Notes: a model not told the origin generated them from the letters alone. A DNA stretch of 64,000 nt from an uncultured Spirochaetota bacterium (GCA_963781885.1 CAWAHW010000002.1:64001-128000); one strand, 5' to 3'. Positions 21,369 through 31,571 are shown, counted from the first letter of the stretch. Program-made: numbers and translations.

Positions 21369-23741
21369 TCGGCCGCCGGCGCGGCGGCGGGCGGCATGAT
21401 GACGCGGAACGTCGTGCCCACGCCCGCGATGCTCTGCACGTCCATCCATCCGCCGTATTCGGAGACCTTCGCGCTGCCGATGGCAAGACTCAGGCCGACT
21501 CCCTTCAGGCGCTGCTGGGGCGACCCGTGCGCCGCCCACTCACCCTTGCGGGAGAAGAAGGGCGTGAAGACCCGGGGCAGGTCTTCTTCCTCGATGCCGC
21601 AGCCGGTGTCCTTCACTTCGACCAAAGCGCCTTCGCGCGCATTGCCCTGTCCGGAGGATCACCTTGCGCACGGGTCGATCAAGAAGCGCGTCCAGGGCAT
21701 TGCCGATCAGGCCTTCCAGCACCCAGGTAAGCCGGGTCTCGTTGGCGTTCACGACCGCCGTCTCCGCAAGGTCCAGCACGAGCTCCACCCCGGCCTCGCG
21801 GAACCGTGTCTCGGCGCGCGCGGCAACGGCGCGCGTCATGACGTCCAGCCGCACGGCGTGCGGCGCCTCACCGACGGGTTCGGTGAGGGCGAGCAGGCGA
21901 TCCGTGATGTCCACGGCCTTCTGCACCCCCGCCGCGGCGGATCGCACGTAGCCGCGAAGCGCGGCCGGCAGCTCCGGCGCAGTGCCCAGCATGTCGAGAT
22001 AGCCGCAGACGACGGTGTTGATGTTGTTGAATTGATGCCCGACGCCGCCGGCGAGCGTCGCGAGATTCTCCAGGCGCTGCACCCTGTTCAACCTGGCCTG
22101 GAGCGCTTTCTGCGCCGTCACGTCGCGGGCGACCGACGCCATGCCGGTCTGCCGTCCCTGTGCGTCGCGGGTCGCCGCGAGCGTGAGGGAGACGACGATC
22201 CGCGCCCCATCCTTGCGCAGGCGCGACGTTTCGAAGTGTGTCACCTGCTCGCCGCGGGCGAGCTTTTCCCGGATGACGCGCGCCTCGTCTTCCAGGTCGG
22301 GGGGAATCAGGATCGACGTCGGCTGTCCGATGATCTCCTCCGCGGTGTAGCCATAGACCCTCTCCGCACCTTTGTTCCACACGTTGATGGTGCGGTCGAT
22401 GTCGATGCCGACGATCGCGTCCTCCGCCGCTTCCACGAGCGCCGCCAGCTGCTGGTTTCTTTCCTCCAGCCGCTTTCGCTTCGTGATGTCGTGCGAAATG
22501 CCGAATGTCCCGACGACGGCCCCTGCCGCGTCGCGCAGCGGCATCTTCGACGTGATGACCCAGCCGTCGGGCCGGTCTGGATAGGTCTCGTGCTCCTCCA
22601 TGTCGACCATCGGGAGGCCCGTCTGCATGATCTGGAGCTCGTGCGCGCGCGCCTCCCGCGCATGGTCGGCGCTGTAGAAATCGGCGTCCGTTCCGCCGAC
22701 GAGCGCGGCCGCGTCGCGCACATCGAGGGCCTGCGCGAGCGATCGGCTCGTGCGGATGAACCTGCTTTCCGCGTCCTTGAAATAGATGTGGTCGGGGAGG
22801 TTGTCCATCAACAGCGTGAACAGCGACCGTTCCCACGCCAGGTCCCGCTCGATGCGGCGCCGCTCCGTCACGTCGCGCCCGAAGCCGATGATGCCGACGA
22901 CGGCGCCGGACGCGTCCCGCCGGGGTATCTTCACCGCGTCGAAGTACCGGATCTCCCCGCCGACATTCGACGGCACACCCGACGCGTGCACCGTCTGTCC
23001 GGCAAGGGCCGCGAGGTCGTCCTTTTCCCAGCCGGCGATGCCCCTGGCGGGGTTTCCCTTCACGAGCTCGGCATCCCACCCGTTCTCGATGTCCGTCCTC
23101 CCATACGTCTCCTCGGGCGTCTTTCCGACGGCGCGCGCGTGCGCGGCATTGCACAGCACCATGCAGAGCGATCGATCCTTCACGAATATCGGGTCAGTGG
23201 TGGAATCGATGACGCCGCGGAGGATGGCCGCCGCCTGCCGCTCCCGCTCCTCTGCTTCCTTTCGCGCCGTTATGTCGATGAGGCTCACGAGCATGCGGGG
23301 CCAGGCGGCGTCCGCGGACGGTATATGCGTCTTCACGATGAGAGACAGCCGCCTGCCCGTGAGGGTCCGCGCGGGCGACTCGAGCTCGAAGTCGCTCACT
23401 CCCTCGTCGATTGCAAAGAGCGTCTCGGTCACCGCCGATCGCGAGACGACATCCAGCGCGCTGGAGAGGGGGCCCAGGAGCTGATCCTTGCTGCGGGCCT
23501 CGAACAGGCCGAGGCTTGCCTTGTTGACGTCGGTGACCGTGACGAGGCTGACGGCTTCCTGGACGAATCCGGGGTGGGCCGCAACGTAGGCGCGGAGATT
23601 GAATCCGGCGTCCCTCCGCAGCACGGCGAGCCGGGCGCGAAGGCGCGAGATGTCCTCCTCCCAGAGAGACACCGCGGAGTGCTCGAAAATGCTGCCGTAC
23701 TTGTCATCCACCGGGCGTGCCGCGGATGAGTTTCGTTTCAC
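21365..23741 (-). CDS. Multi-PAS sensor histidine kinase (frameshift near 21630)
   Basis: GTG at 23741 after CAGGAG; PAS repeats (LWEEDIS, IFVKD, IYFKD, WNKGAE); H-box LAGGVGHQFNN; DTGCGI...PFFS...GVGLSL in ORF 21365-21625. Confidence 0.85.
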
Positions 23742-23767
23742 GCGTTCGCTCCTGTTGGCGCGGCGGT

Positions 23768-25456
23768 TCAGCCGGCGGTGCGCACTTCCGCGAGCGGTAG
23801 GCGCCGATTTTCCTCGAGGATGGAGTCCAGCTCCCCGGTGAGAAGCGGCTTGGAGAAATGGAAACCCTGGAGACCGTCGGCGTCCAGGCGCTTGAGGAGC
23901 TCGAACTGCTGCTCCGTGCCGACCCCCTCCAGCACGACGCGCTTGTGCCGGCTGCGCACAAGAGCCGTGATGTTCGCAAGGTACTCGAAGTCCTCGGGGC
24001 TTCGCATGCATTCGTCCACGAAGAGGCGGTCGATCTTGATCGTGCCGGCCGGCAGGCGCTTCAGCCATCCCAGGGAGGAGCTGCCGGTGCCGAAATCGTC
24101 GATGAAAAGGTCGAAACCCGCGTCCACCAGACGCTGCATCTGCGCCGCGGTCGCCTCTGCATCGATCATGCACTGGCTTTCCGTGATCTCCAGCTTCAGG
24201 CGCTCGGGGGTGGAGAGTCCGGCGCGGCGCAGGGCCGACGCGAGGATTTCCGCAATGTCGGGGCTGGCGAAATCCTCCGCGGAGAGGTTTACCGACACGT
24301 AGAGGCCGTGGCGCGTCGACCAGTGAGAGAGTTGCTCGGCCGCGGCGTAGAGGGCCCACTTGCTGATGGAACGGATGATGCCGGTCTCCTCCGCAAGGGG
24401 GATGAAGCTGCCCGGCTGCACGAGCCCCTTCTGCGGATGGTTCCACCGGATGAGCGCCTCCGCGCCCTTGATCATGCCGTTGCAATCGACGATGGGCTGA
24501 TAGACGAGGTGGAACTGCTCCTTCTCGAAGGCGTGGAGCATGTCGCTTTCCATGACGAGCCTTTCCGAGGCGCGGCGGTGCGTCGCGGGGTTGTAGAAAT
24601 AGTACTCCACGCCCGCGTGCCGGGCCTGGCGCATGGCGGCCCCGGCATTGCGGATCACCGTCTCCGCGTCCTCCCCGTCCTCGGGATAGAAGGCCACGCC
24701 GATGCAGCACCCGATGCGGATGTCACCGTCGGCATGGTGATACGGCATCTTCACCTGCTCGGCGATCTTCTCCGCGACCCGGGCCGCATCGGTGGCGCGC
24801 TTGATGTGCGTGAGGAGGCACGTGAGCTCGTTGCCGACGAAGCGGAAAAGAAAATCCGCCGACCGCAGACATTTCTGGATGCGGAGGCCCGTGTTCTCCA
24901 GCAGGAGGTCGCCGGTCGCGACGCCGAACGTCTCGTTCACCTTGCCCAGATTCTCCACCGAGATGAAGAGCACGGCGCGCAGCTTGTCGGGGGAGCGTTT
25001 GGCCTGCTCGATCTCCTTGTCCAGGATGATGTCCAGCGACTTGCGGTTGAAGAGCCCCGTCGTGGGGTCGCGAAACTCGTAATGGGAGAGCTTCGATTCG
25101 ATCTGGCTGATGTGCGTGATGTCGTGCGAGCAGACCGCCGCGTGCGTGATCGTCCCTTCGGCGTCCCGGTAGGGGGAATAGGTCACGTGCATGTGCTTCT
25201 CGAAGGCGCCGAACTTGAACCGTTCGATGTATTGCACTTCGATGCCGCCGAAGCACGTCTCCAGGTGCCCGCGGATGATGCCTTGGAAGGTCTCCTCGCC
25301 CCAGACGTCCGCGACGCTCCTGCCGACGATCTGGCCGCGGGATTTCTCCATCGCGGTGCAATACGCGTCATTGGCGATTTCGTAGACGAAGTCCCGATTG
25401 ATGAGCGTGATGAAATCGCGCGAATTGTTGACTATGTATTCATACTTATCGCTCAT
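23768..25456 (-). CDS. PAS-GGDEF(degenerate)-EAL c-di-GMP phosphodiesterase
   Basis: GGDEF signature replaced by RFVGNEL; intact YQP, AEALIRW, VNLS, EITE, DDFGTG, KID, QG motifs. Confidence 0.9.
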   Translation of the reverse strand: MSDKYEYIVNNSRDFITLINRDFVYEIANDAYCTAMEKSRGQIVGRSVADVWGEETFQGIIRGHLETCFGGIEVQYIERFKFGAFEKHMHVTYSPYRDAEGTITHAAVCSHDITHISQIESKLSHYEFRDPTTGLFNRKSLDIILDKEIEQAKRSPDKLRAVLFISVENLGKVNETFGVATGDLLLENTGLRIQKCLRSADFLFRFVGNELTCLLTHIKRATDAARVAEKIAEQVKMPYHHADGDIRIGCCIGVAFYPEDGEDAETVIRNAGAAMRQARHAGVEYYFYNPATHRRASERLVMESDMLHAFEKEQFHLVYQPIVDCNGMIKGAEALIRWNHPQKGLVQPGSFIPLAEETGIIRSISKWALYAAAEQLSHWSTRHGLYVSVNLSAEDFASPDIAEILASALRRAGLSTPERLKLEITESQCMIDAEATAAQMQRLVDAGFDLFIDDFGTGSSSLGWLKRLPAGTIKIDRLFVDECMRSPEDFEYLANITALVRSRHKRVVLEGVGTEQQFELLKRLDADGLQGFHFSKPLLTGELDSILEENRRLPLAEVRTAG

Positions 25457-25512
25457 GGCACGTCAGTCTAGTGATCGTCGTTTCACGGGTCAATCGGCGC
25501 CCGGCCGCCCCC

Positions 25513-27951
25513 TTAGAACAAGCCCATCTGTCCACCCGCGGAGAACAGGTCCTCCGTGGAAAGCCCGATGAAGGGGGCGAGCGATTCCACGATCGGCCTC
25601 ACCTGCTTCTGCACGTAGTGCTCGTAGTCAGGCGGCGAGGTGAGCCTGCCCTCCGGCTGCGGGCCGCTCAGGGTCCAGACGTAGCGGATGAGGCCGGTCC
25701 TCTCCTCCGGTGGAAGAAGCGCCGCGGCGCGCGCATGGGGCGGGGAGGATTTCGTGTACGCCTCCACCGGTTTGCGTAGCGATTTGCGATAGACCAGCAT
25801 GTCGTCCCTGCCGCCCGCGCGCAGCTCGCGCAGGAGATCGTGGACGGCCTCTCCCACGCGCGCCGCGCCTGCGTCCCCGAACGCGAGCGCCAGGATGTCG
25901 CGCTGCAGCGCCTGCGCGAGCGGGCTCCAGTCATGGCGCACCGCCTCCATGCCGACGATGTCCAGATGCTCCTTCTCCTCTGCCGGGGGCGTGCCCGGCT
26001 CCACGCGCAGCCCGGCATAGCCCTTGGCCCTGCCCCGCGTCTCAGACTCGTCATCGGTTTCGTCTCCCTGCGTCCTCATGGGCGGCAGGAAGAAGCGCCG
26101 GTAGATCGCCTCGAACTCCAGCTCGAGTCGGGAGGCCACGCCGTATGAATCCCGCGTATACGCCTCAAGGCTCTCGTTCAAGCGTCGCGCCAGGGTGGCG
26201 CCCCGGGACGAGAGCTCGGACGCAGGGGCGTTCGTCTCCGCACCCGAGAGGACGAAAAGCGAATCCGTATCCCCGTAGAGCACCTGGTAGCCCTGCGCCG
26301 TGACCTGGTCGCGCGCCCAGAACAGGATGTGCTGTCCGAAGGTGGTGATCGCGCCCGCAAGCGCGGAGGCGGCGAACCTGCACCCCGGCGTGCCCAACAC
26401 GCCGTAAAAAGAGTTCATCACGATTTTGTACGCGTAGACCGCGCGCTTGTCCCCGCGCCGACGCGCCTCCTCGCGGCTGTCGAAGAACCGGTCGAGGATG
26501 CCGGGAAGGATGCCCGGCGCGCGGTCGAACCGGGCGCCATTCGGCGCGGTGATCGGCGCGCGTTGCGGATCGTGCGCGTCCGCGCCCGTTCCCGGCGGCT
26601 CCGCCTCGATCCGCGTCAACGGATCGATGTTGAAGGTGCGGATGATGGAAGGGTAGAGGCTCTTGAAGTCAAAGACCAGGACATTGGAGAAGAGCCCTGC
26701 CCGCGGCGTGATGATGCCGCCCCCCGGGGCGCGGTCCAGCACGTCCTGGTCGATGCCGAGCGTGGGGGCGACGATCCCCCTTTCGTGAAGGTGCTCCGTG
26801 TAGAGGAACTCGAAGGCCGCCACGCTCGTGGAAGTCTGCTCCAGCATGATTCCGATGAGGAGGGACTTGCGCAGCGCGATGTCCAACAGCCCCTCCTTCT
26901 GGAGGATTTCCAGCGCGAGTCGGGTGTCCTCCAGACAGTACGCGCAGAGGCTTTCGGGGTCGTCCCGGTACAGGCGGATAACCGCGGCGGTGCGGCTCTC
27001 ACCGGGCAGCTCGTCGATCCTTTTTCCCCTGCCCAGCACGCTCTGCGCCGCCGTTTCCAGGCGATAGTCCTCCAGCGCCATGCCCGCCATGCGCACCAGC
27101 CACATGCCGTCGAGCACCTGGCGCCCCGGCACGATGGCCTTGCTGCGGCGCCACCGGGTGATGCCGTCCGTGTCTTCCCGGTCGAGGAAGCTCGCCGCGA
27201 CGTCCGACCTCCCGATATCGAAGGGGACGCCCAGCGCCTGGAAGCGCCGCGCCAGGACGCGAAAATCGAAATCCACCACGTTCCATCCCGTGATGATGTC
27301 CGGGTCGAGCTCCACGAGCCGGTCGCGCAGCGCCCGCAGCATCGCCTCTTCGGTGGAAAAACAGCGCGCCGACGATGCGCCGGATCCGTTGAAGAAGACC
27401 TCGGCGGCTGCGGTCCCGGCGCCGGATGCGCAGAAGACGAGTGCCACGGCGAAGATGGTCGCGGCGCGCGGATCGGTCTCGATGTCCAGTGAGAGCACGC
27501 TGAGGCGCGGCTCCATGAGCGCGGGGCAGAGGAGGGGGTTCTCGTAGACCCTTGCCACGCGCCGTCCCGCGCGCCACTCCCCCTCGATGCCGACCGTCCC
27601 GTGAATGCGCCGATCCATGAGGTACTGGGGGGCCGGCTTGACGTCCGCCTCATAGGTGCGCACGCCCGCATGGTGGAGGACGTCCATGGTTTTCCGACCG
27701 GCCGCCACGGTCGGTGACTCGATGGAGAGCACGGGGGCGCCGTCCATCGTCCTCCTGTCGGATGCCCCCGGCCCCTCCGCTCCGAGGGCTCGCGCCTGTG
27801 CCTCGTCCGATGCCCGGATCCAGAAGCAGGGAGCGCGCCGACGCTCGACCACCGCAAATGTCTCTCCCGATTCGAGCCTGCCGATGAGGTGGATTTCCGT
27901 GCGTCCGGCGTGGGTGCGCTCCGAGGCGTGGAGGATGTAGCCCGTGTCCAC
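25513..27951 (-). CDS. polB: Family B DNA polymerase (DNA polymerase II)
   Basis: Exo motifs SLDIET and GWNVVDFD; Pol motifs DFKSLYPSII, KIVMNSFYG, YGDTDS. Confidence 0.93.
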   Translation of the reverse strand: MDTGYILHASERTHAGRTEIHLIGRLESGETFAVVERRRAPCFWIRASDEAQARALGAEGPGASDRRTMDGAPVLSIESPTVAAGRKTMDVLHHAGVRTYEADVKPAPQYLMDRRIHGTVGIEGEWRAGRRVARVYENPLLCPALMEPRLSVLSLDIETDPRAATIFAVALVFCASGAGTAAAEVFFNGSGASSARCFSTEEAMLRALRDRLVELDPDIITGWNVVDFDFRVLARRFQALGVPFDIGRSDVAASFLDREDTDGITRWRRSKAIVPGRQVLDGMWLVRMAGMALEDYRLETAAQSVLGRGKRIDELPGESRTAAVIRLYRDDPESLCAYCLEDTRLALEILQKEGLLDIALRKSLLIGIMLEQTSTSVAAFEFLYTEHLHERGIVAPTLGIDQDVLDRAPGGGIITPRAGLFSNVLVFDFKSLYPSIIRTFNIDPLTRIEAEPPGTGADAHDPQRAPITAPNGARFDRAPGILPGILDRFFDSREEARRRGDKRAVYAYKIVMNSFYGVLGTPGCRFAASALAGAITTFGQHILFWARDQVTAQGYQVLYGDTDSLFVLSGAETNAPASELSSRGATLARRLNESLEAYTRDSYGVASRLELEFEAIYRRFFLPPMRTQGDETDDESETRGRAKGYAGLRVEPGTPPAEEKEHLDIVGMEAVRHDWSPLAQALQRDILALAFGDAGAARVGEAVHDLLRELRAGGRDDMLVYRKSLRKPVEAYTKSSPPHARAAALLPPEERTGLIRYVWTLSGPQPEGRLTSPPDYEHYVQKQVRPIVESLAPFIGLSTEDLFSAGGQMGLF

Positions 27952-27964
27952 GCATCGACTATAG

Positions 27965-27990
27965 CATCTGCACGGTACTCCGTGCAGATG
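27965..27990. repeat. Perfect hairpin CATCTGCACGG-TACT-CCGTGCAGATG sharing the CACGG-TACT-CCGTG core of the 30.9-kb array
   Basis: 11-bp stem and 4-nt loop read directly, in the divergent polB/hydrolase intergenic region. Confidence 0.85.
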
Positions 27991-28064
27991 AATGCGCCGG
28001 GTACGGTGCAGATGATGATCGGTGCCGCACATACGCGGTGCTTCGACGGTGCTATACTCTTCTC

Positions 28065-28955
28065 ATGCGGAAAGCTCCCATCGCGGCACTTCTCCTGGTT
28101 TCATCTCTCGCCTTCGCCGAACCGGCTGAAGACGCGCTTTCCCGATGGATCACGATCGGCGGTATGAAGATCCACTACCTCGAGACCGGGGACGGCACCG
28201 GCAGCGGCCCGACGCTCCTCATGGTCCATGGGTGGTGCGGCTGCTCAGAGGATTTCCGCCCGCTCATGCTCGCGCTGCCGTCGGACGTGCACGCGATTGC
28301 CGTGGATCTGCCCGGGTGCGGACTGTCCGACAAGCCCGACATCGTTTACGATCTTCCCCTCTTTCTCAACACCCTTGCCGGCTTCTGCGACGCGCGCGGG
28401 CTTTCCCGCGTCGTGCTTATCGGCCACTCCATGGGCGGCCAGATCAGCCTCCATTTCACGGCGCGGTGGCCGCAGCGAGTGGAGAAGCTTGTCCTCATCG
28501 ACCCCTACGGACTGGAGGGCGAGCAGGCGCCGTGGAGGGCCCTCGCGAATATGGGCGGACTGGTCGACCTCGGATTCCTCCTGAACAACCGTCTCTTCAT
28601 CGAGTGGGGCGTCCGGGCGAATGTCGTCTACAAGGGCACGCAGGCAGTCGTGCAGGCGATCGTCGACTCCACCGCGCGCGGCATACTCGGATGGGCGGGA
28701 GCGCGCAGCACTGCGCGGATCACCCGCGGCGTCATCGGCACTGGTGTCGTCAACGACCTGCTTCCCGGCATCCGGCAGCACGCGCTTGTCGTCTGGGGAG
28801 ACCATGACCGAATGCTCGCCCCGCATTGGGCGGAAGACTTCGTGTCGCAGATGGCAGATGCGCGCGGCAGCATGGTGGCCGATACAGGGCACATGCCCAT
28901 GGCGGAGAAGCCCGCGGAGGTCGCCGCTCTTCTGGAGGATTTCCTCAAGGGCTGA
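28065..28955 (+). CDS. Secreted alpha/beta-fold hydrolase
   Basis: Signal peptide; VHGW, DLPGCG, GHSMGG nucleophile elbow, WGDHD, GHMP. Confidence 0.9.
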   Translation: MRKAPIAALLLVSSLAFAEPAEDALSRWITIGGMKIHYLETGDGTGSGPTLLMVHGWCGCSEDFRPLMLALPSDVHAIAVDLPGCGLSDKPDIVYDLPLFLNTLAGFCDARGLSRVVLIGHSMGGQISLHFTARWPQRVEKLVLIDPYGLEGEQAPWRALANMGGLVDLGFLLNNRLFIEWGVRANVVYKGTQAVVQAIVDSTARGILGWAGARSTARITRGVIGTGVVNDLLPGIRQHALVVWGDHDRMLAPHWAEDFVSQMADARGSMVADTGHMPMAEKPAEVAALLEDFLKG

Positions 28956-29469
28956 GCGAAGGCCCCGCCGCGTCGAGATAGGCGAGTATCGTCTGGAGAT
29001 TCCCCGCCGTGTCCTGCTCCGTGTCGATTGTCAGGCAAGGCAGATCGATGCGCGCGAAGCGCGCTTTCACCTCGCGATACAATTTTTCCCCCCGGTCACC
29101 CGCGGGATGCGTTCCCCCGTCCCGTGCGATACGGCCGAGCGCCGTGGGCTCGCTGCACGAGCATTCGACGATCCGGCAGGCCGCGCCGCGCGCGCGGGCC
29201 GCCTCTGAAAGCTCCTGCACCCTGCGCGCGGAGGACAGCGCCATGCCGTCTATCACCACGTCCCTGCCCCGATCCAAAAGGAATCCCGCCGTCGAGACGA
29301 TGAGATCGTCGACCAGCGCTTTTTCCTCCGCGCCGAAATCGGGATGGGCGATGATGCCCGCGCGGAGGCTGTCGCGGTCAAGGACGAGCAGCCCGGGTCG
29401 TGCCGCGACGAGGAGCCGCACGAGGTGCGATTTTCCCGTTCCGGGCAGGCCGCGGAAGACGATCAGCAT
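28945..29469 (-). CDS. AAA_33-type P-loop kinase
   Basis: GLPGTGKS Walker A, D.D.LR, VVIDG. Confidence 0.82.
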   Translation of the reverse strand: MLIVFRGLPGTGKSHLVRLLVAARPGLLVLDRDSLRAGIIAHPDFGAEEKALVDDLIVSTAGFLLDRGRDVVIDGMALSSARRVQELSEAARARGAACRIVECSCSEPTALGRIARDGGTHPAGDRGEKLYREVKARFARIDLPCLTIDTEQDTAGNLQTILAYLDAAGPSLSP

Positions 29470-29471
29470 AC

Positions 29472-30830
29472 CTACCCGCTCGTGCCCGGCTTTTCCAGGC
29501 TCATGACCAGGCCGCCGCCCTTGAAGACGGAAAGGCTTCCCGTCGACTGGGAGACTACGATGGCGACGCTCTGGGTGCCCTGCGTGATGGCCGCCGCCGC
29601 GGCGTGACGCGCGCCCAGGCCGGACGGCAGATTCGGCGCCGCCCGCTCGGGCCGCAGGAACGTGCCCGCGGACATGATCACGCCGTCCCCCCGGAGGATG
29701 AAGGCGCCGTCGATCGTGGAGAACTCTTTCACCGTCTCCCCCAGGCTCGGATCGAGGATGTTCTTCTCCTCCACGCTGTAGCCGCGGAAGGGGTTGATCA
29801 CCATCTGCCGGCAGGAGCGGGCGACCTGCTCGTAGTCGCCGAGTACGAATGTCGTGCCCACCGGCCTGCCCTCCCGTCCTTCCCGCGCGATATCGGTGGC
29901 GATCTGCAGCACCTTTTCCAGCACCTGGGGCTCCACGTCTCCAAGCGGCGTGCCGGAAGATCGCCCGAAGACGGTGGGGAACTCCCTGCCCACGTCGATC
30001 ACCAGAAGCGTGTCTAGATACCCGGAGGAGGGCACGCCCGAGACGCTCACCACGGTATCGCCGCGCGCGAGGAGGCCGCGGGAGACGGCAAACAGCAGCG
30101 CGAGCTCCACCTGGTTGGAGCGATTGAGCGTGGGGAAGGGCACCTGGAGGATGCGCGTCGCTTCAGGCCTTTCGGCGGCAAAATCGGTCTTGGAGGACGT
30201 GACGAGGATGAGCTCGACCGGTGAGGGAATGTCCTCCAGGAAGCGCAGGTCGCCCACCGCGTCGGCCTGGAGGAGCACCGCGCGCGCTTTCACCTCTTCC
30301 GCAACGGACAGCGCGTGCGCGAAGAGCAGCCGGGAGAGCCGCACCTTCGCCGACGCCGGCGCGCGTCCCTGCTCGCCGTAGCCGCGCGCCACCAGGAGAC
30401 GCCAGGCTTCCGCGGCGGAGCGGGCGGTGATCACGAGCTGCATGAGGGCGCGGTCGCGGAGGGTGCGCGCGATCTCGGCGAGCAGGAGCACGTGCTCGTC
30501 GGGCTCCTTGTCGGGGCTCACGATCAGGAAGACCAGGTGCACGGGGTCTCCATCGCCAGAATCCCAGGCCACCCCGCTGCGGCTCCTCCCCACCGCGACC
30601 TGTATCCCTTCCAGAGAGGGAAGACGGGCGTGGGGGATTGCGATGCCGGGGCCGATCCAGGAGCTCACGATCTTCTCCCGCGCGGAGACCGCCTCATTGA
30701 CCTCCTCGACGGCGATCGGGCTTTCCTTCAGGGACAAAGCGCCGGCGAGCTCGCGGATGGCCCCCTCCTTGGAGCGGCTGCGGAGCGTGATGATGCGCGC
30801 GGGTAGCAGGTAACGTGCAAGGAGCGCCAT
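29472..30830 (-). CDS. PTS EIIA(Ntr/Fru-type)-DacZ-like diadenylate cyclase fusion
   Basis: EIIA motif REK...GIAIPHAR; DAC motifs EGREG..VG, DGAF, GLGARHAAAA, VSQSTG. Confidence 0.85.
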   Translation of the reverse strand: MALLARYLLPARIITLRSRSKEGAIRELAGALSLKESPIAVEEVNEAVSAREKIVSSWIGPGIAIPHARLPSLEGIQVAVGRSRSGVAWDSGDGDPVHLVFLIVSPDKEPDEHVLLLAEIARTLRDRALMQLVITARSAAEAWRLLVARGYGEQGRAPASAKVRLSRLLFAHALSVAEEVKARAVLLQADAVGDLRFLEDIPSPVELILVTSSKTDFAAERPEATRILQVPFPTLNRSNQVELALLFAVSRGLLARGDTVVSVSGVPSSGYLDTLLVIDVGREFPTVFGRSSGTPLGDVEPQVLEKVLQIATDIAREGREGRPVGTTFVLGDYEQVARSCRQMVINPFRGYSVEEKNILDPSLGETVKEFSTIDGAFILRGDGVIMSAGTFLRPERAAPNLPSGLGARHAAAAAITQGTQSVAIVVSQSTGSLSVFKGGGLVMSLEKPGTSG

Positions 30831-30880
30831 GGGGACGAGCCTCTTCACAAGTATAGTGGCGCATCGGCCGTAATGCCACC

Positions 30881-31133
30881 CCGGCCACGGTACTCCGTGG
30901 CATTTGCCGGCCACGGTACTCCGTGGCATTTACCGGCCACGGTACTCCGTGGCATTTACCGGCCACGCCGGCCACAGTACTCTGTGGCATTTGCCGGCCA
31001 CAGTACTCTGTGGCATTTGCCGGCCACGGTACTCCGTGGCATTTACCGGCCACGGTACTCTGTGGCATTTACCGGCCACGGTACTCCGTGGCATTTACCG
31101 GCCACGGTATTCCGTGGCATTTACCGGCCACGG
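30881..31133. repeat. Tandem array of nine 26-bp units CCGGCCACGGTACTCCGTGGCATTT(A/G) plus two partial units
   Basis: Units start at 30881, 30907, 30933, 30968, 30994, 31020, 31046, 31072 and 31098; each holds the hairpin GCCACGG-TACT-CCGTGGC. Confidence 0.97.
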
Positions 31134-31253
31134 GCTCGCTTCCGTGCCTCCATGCACTCGCTCGCCCTCGGCTTCCTGCCTACGGTAACCGCGGGCCCAC
31201 CTTGGCTCGCATCCTGCTTGGGTTATATTATTAGACAGGAGCATCACCCCCGC

Positions 31254-31571
31254 ATGGCGAACGAACCAGCCCGGATCTTCCAGGAAGACACCGGCCTCCA
31301 GCAGAAACCCCGTCTCCAGGAGCCGAAGCTCTTCCGGGTCATCCTGCACAACGACCACTACACGACGATGGATTTCGTCGTGAAGGTCATCGTCACGCTG
31401 TTCCACAAGCCCGCGGCGGAGGCGACGAAGATCATGCTCGACGTGCACAAGAAGGGCAGCGGGGTCGTCGGCGTGTATACGTACGACATCGCCACGACGA
31501 AGGTATCGCAGGTGCACGAGATGGCGCGCCAGAGCGAGTTCCCCCTGCGGGCAAGCTGCGAAGAGGCATAG
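31254..31571 (+). CDS. clpS: ATP-dependent Clp protease adaptor ClpS
   Basis: VILHNDHYTTMDFVV, MLDVHKKG, FPL motifs. Confidence 0.95.
   Translation: MANEPARIFQEDTGLQQKPRLQEPKLFRVILHNDHYTTMDFVVKVIVTLFHKPAAEATKIMLDVHKKGSGVVGVYTYDIATTKVSQVHEMARQSEFPLRASCEEA

Noticed and set aside
21540-24710. 1056-aa ORF as a giant protein
   Set aside because: Its first ~320 aa are an off-frame shadow of the EAL gene; the kinase starts at about 23741 after an RBS
25513-27951. PolB as a marker of a prophage, casposon or pipolin
   Set aside because: It resembles cellular Pol II; there is no integrase, Cas1, terminal repeat or phage gene nearby
30881-31133. CRISPR array
   Set aside because: The repeats are contiguous with no unique spacers, and no cas genes are present in the window
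30694-31253. Repetitive ORFs across the array (PRYSVAFTGHG..., MPQSTVAGKC...) and the long N-terminal extensions of ClpS and the DAC protein
   Set aside because: They are by-products of a stop-poor 26-bp repeat; the real starts are at 31254 and about 30830
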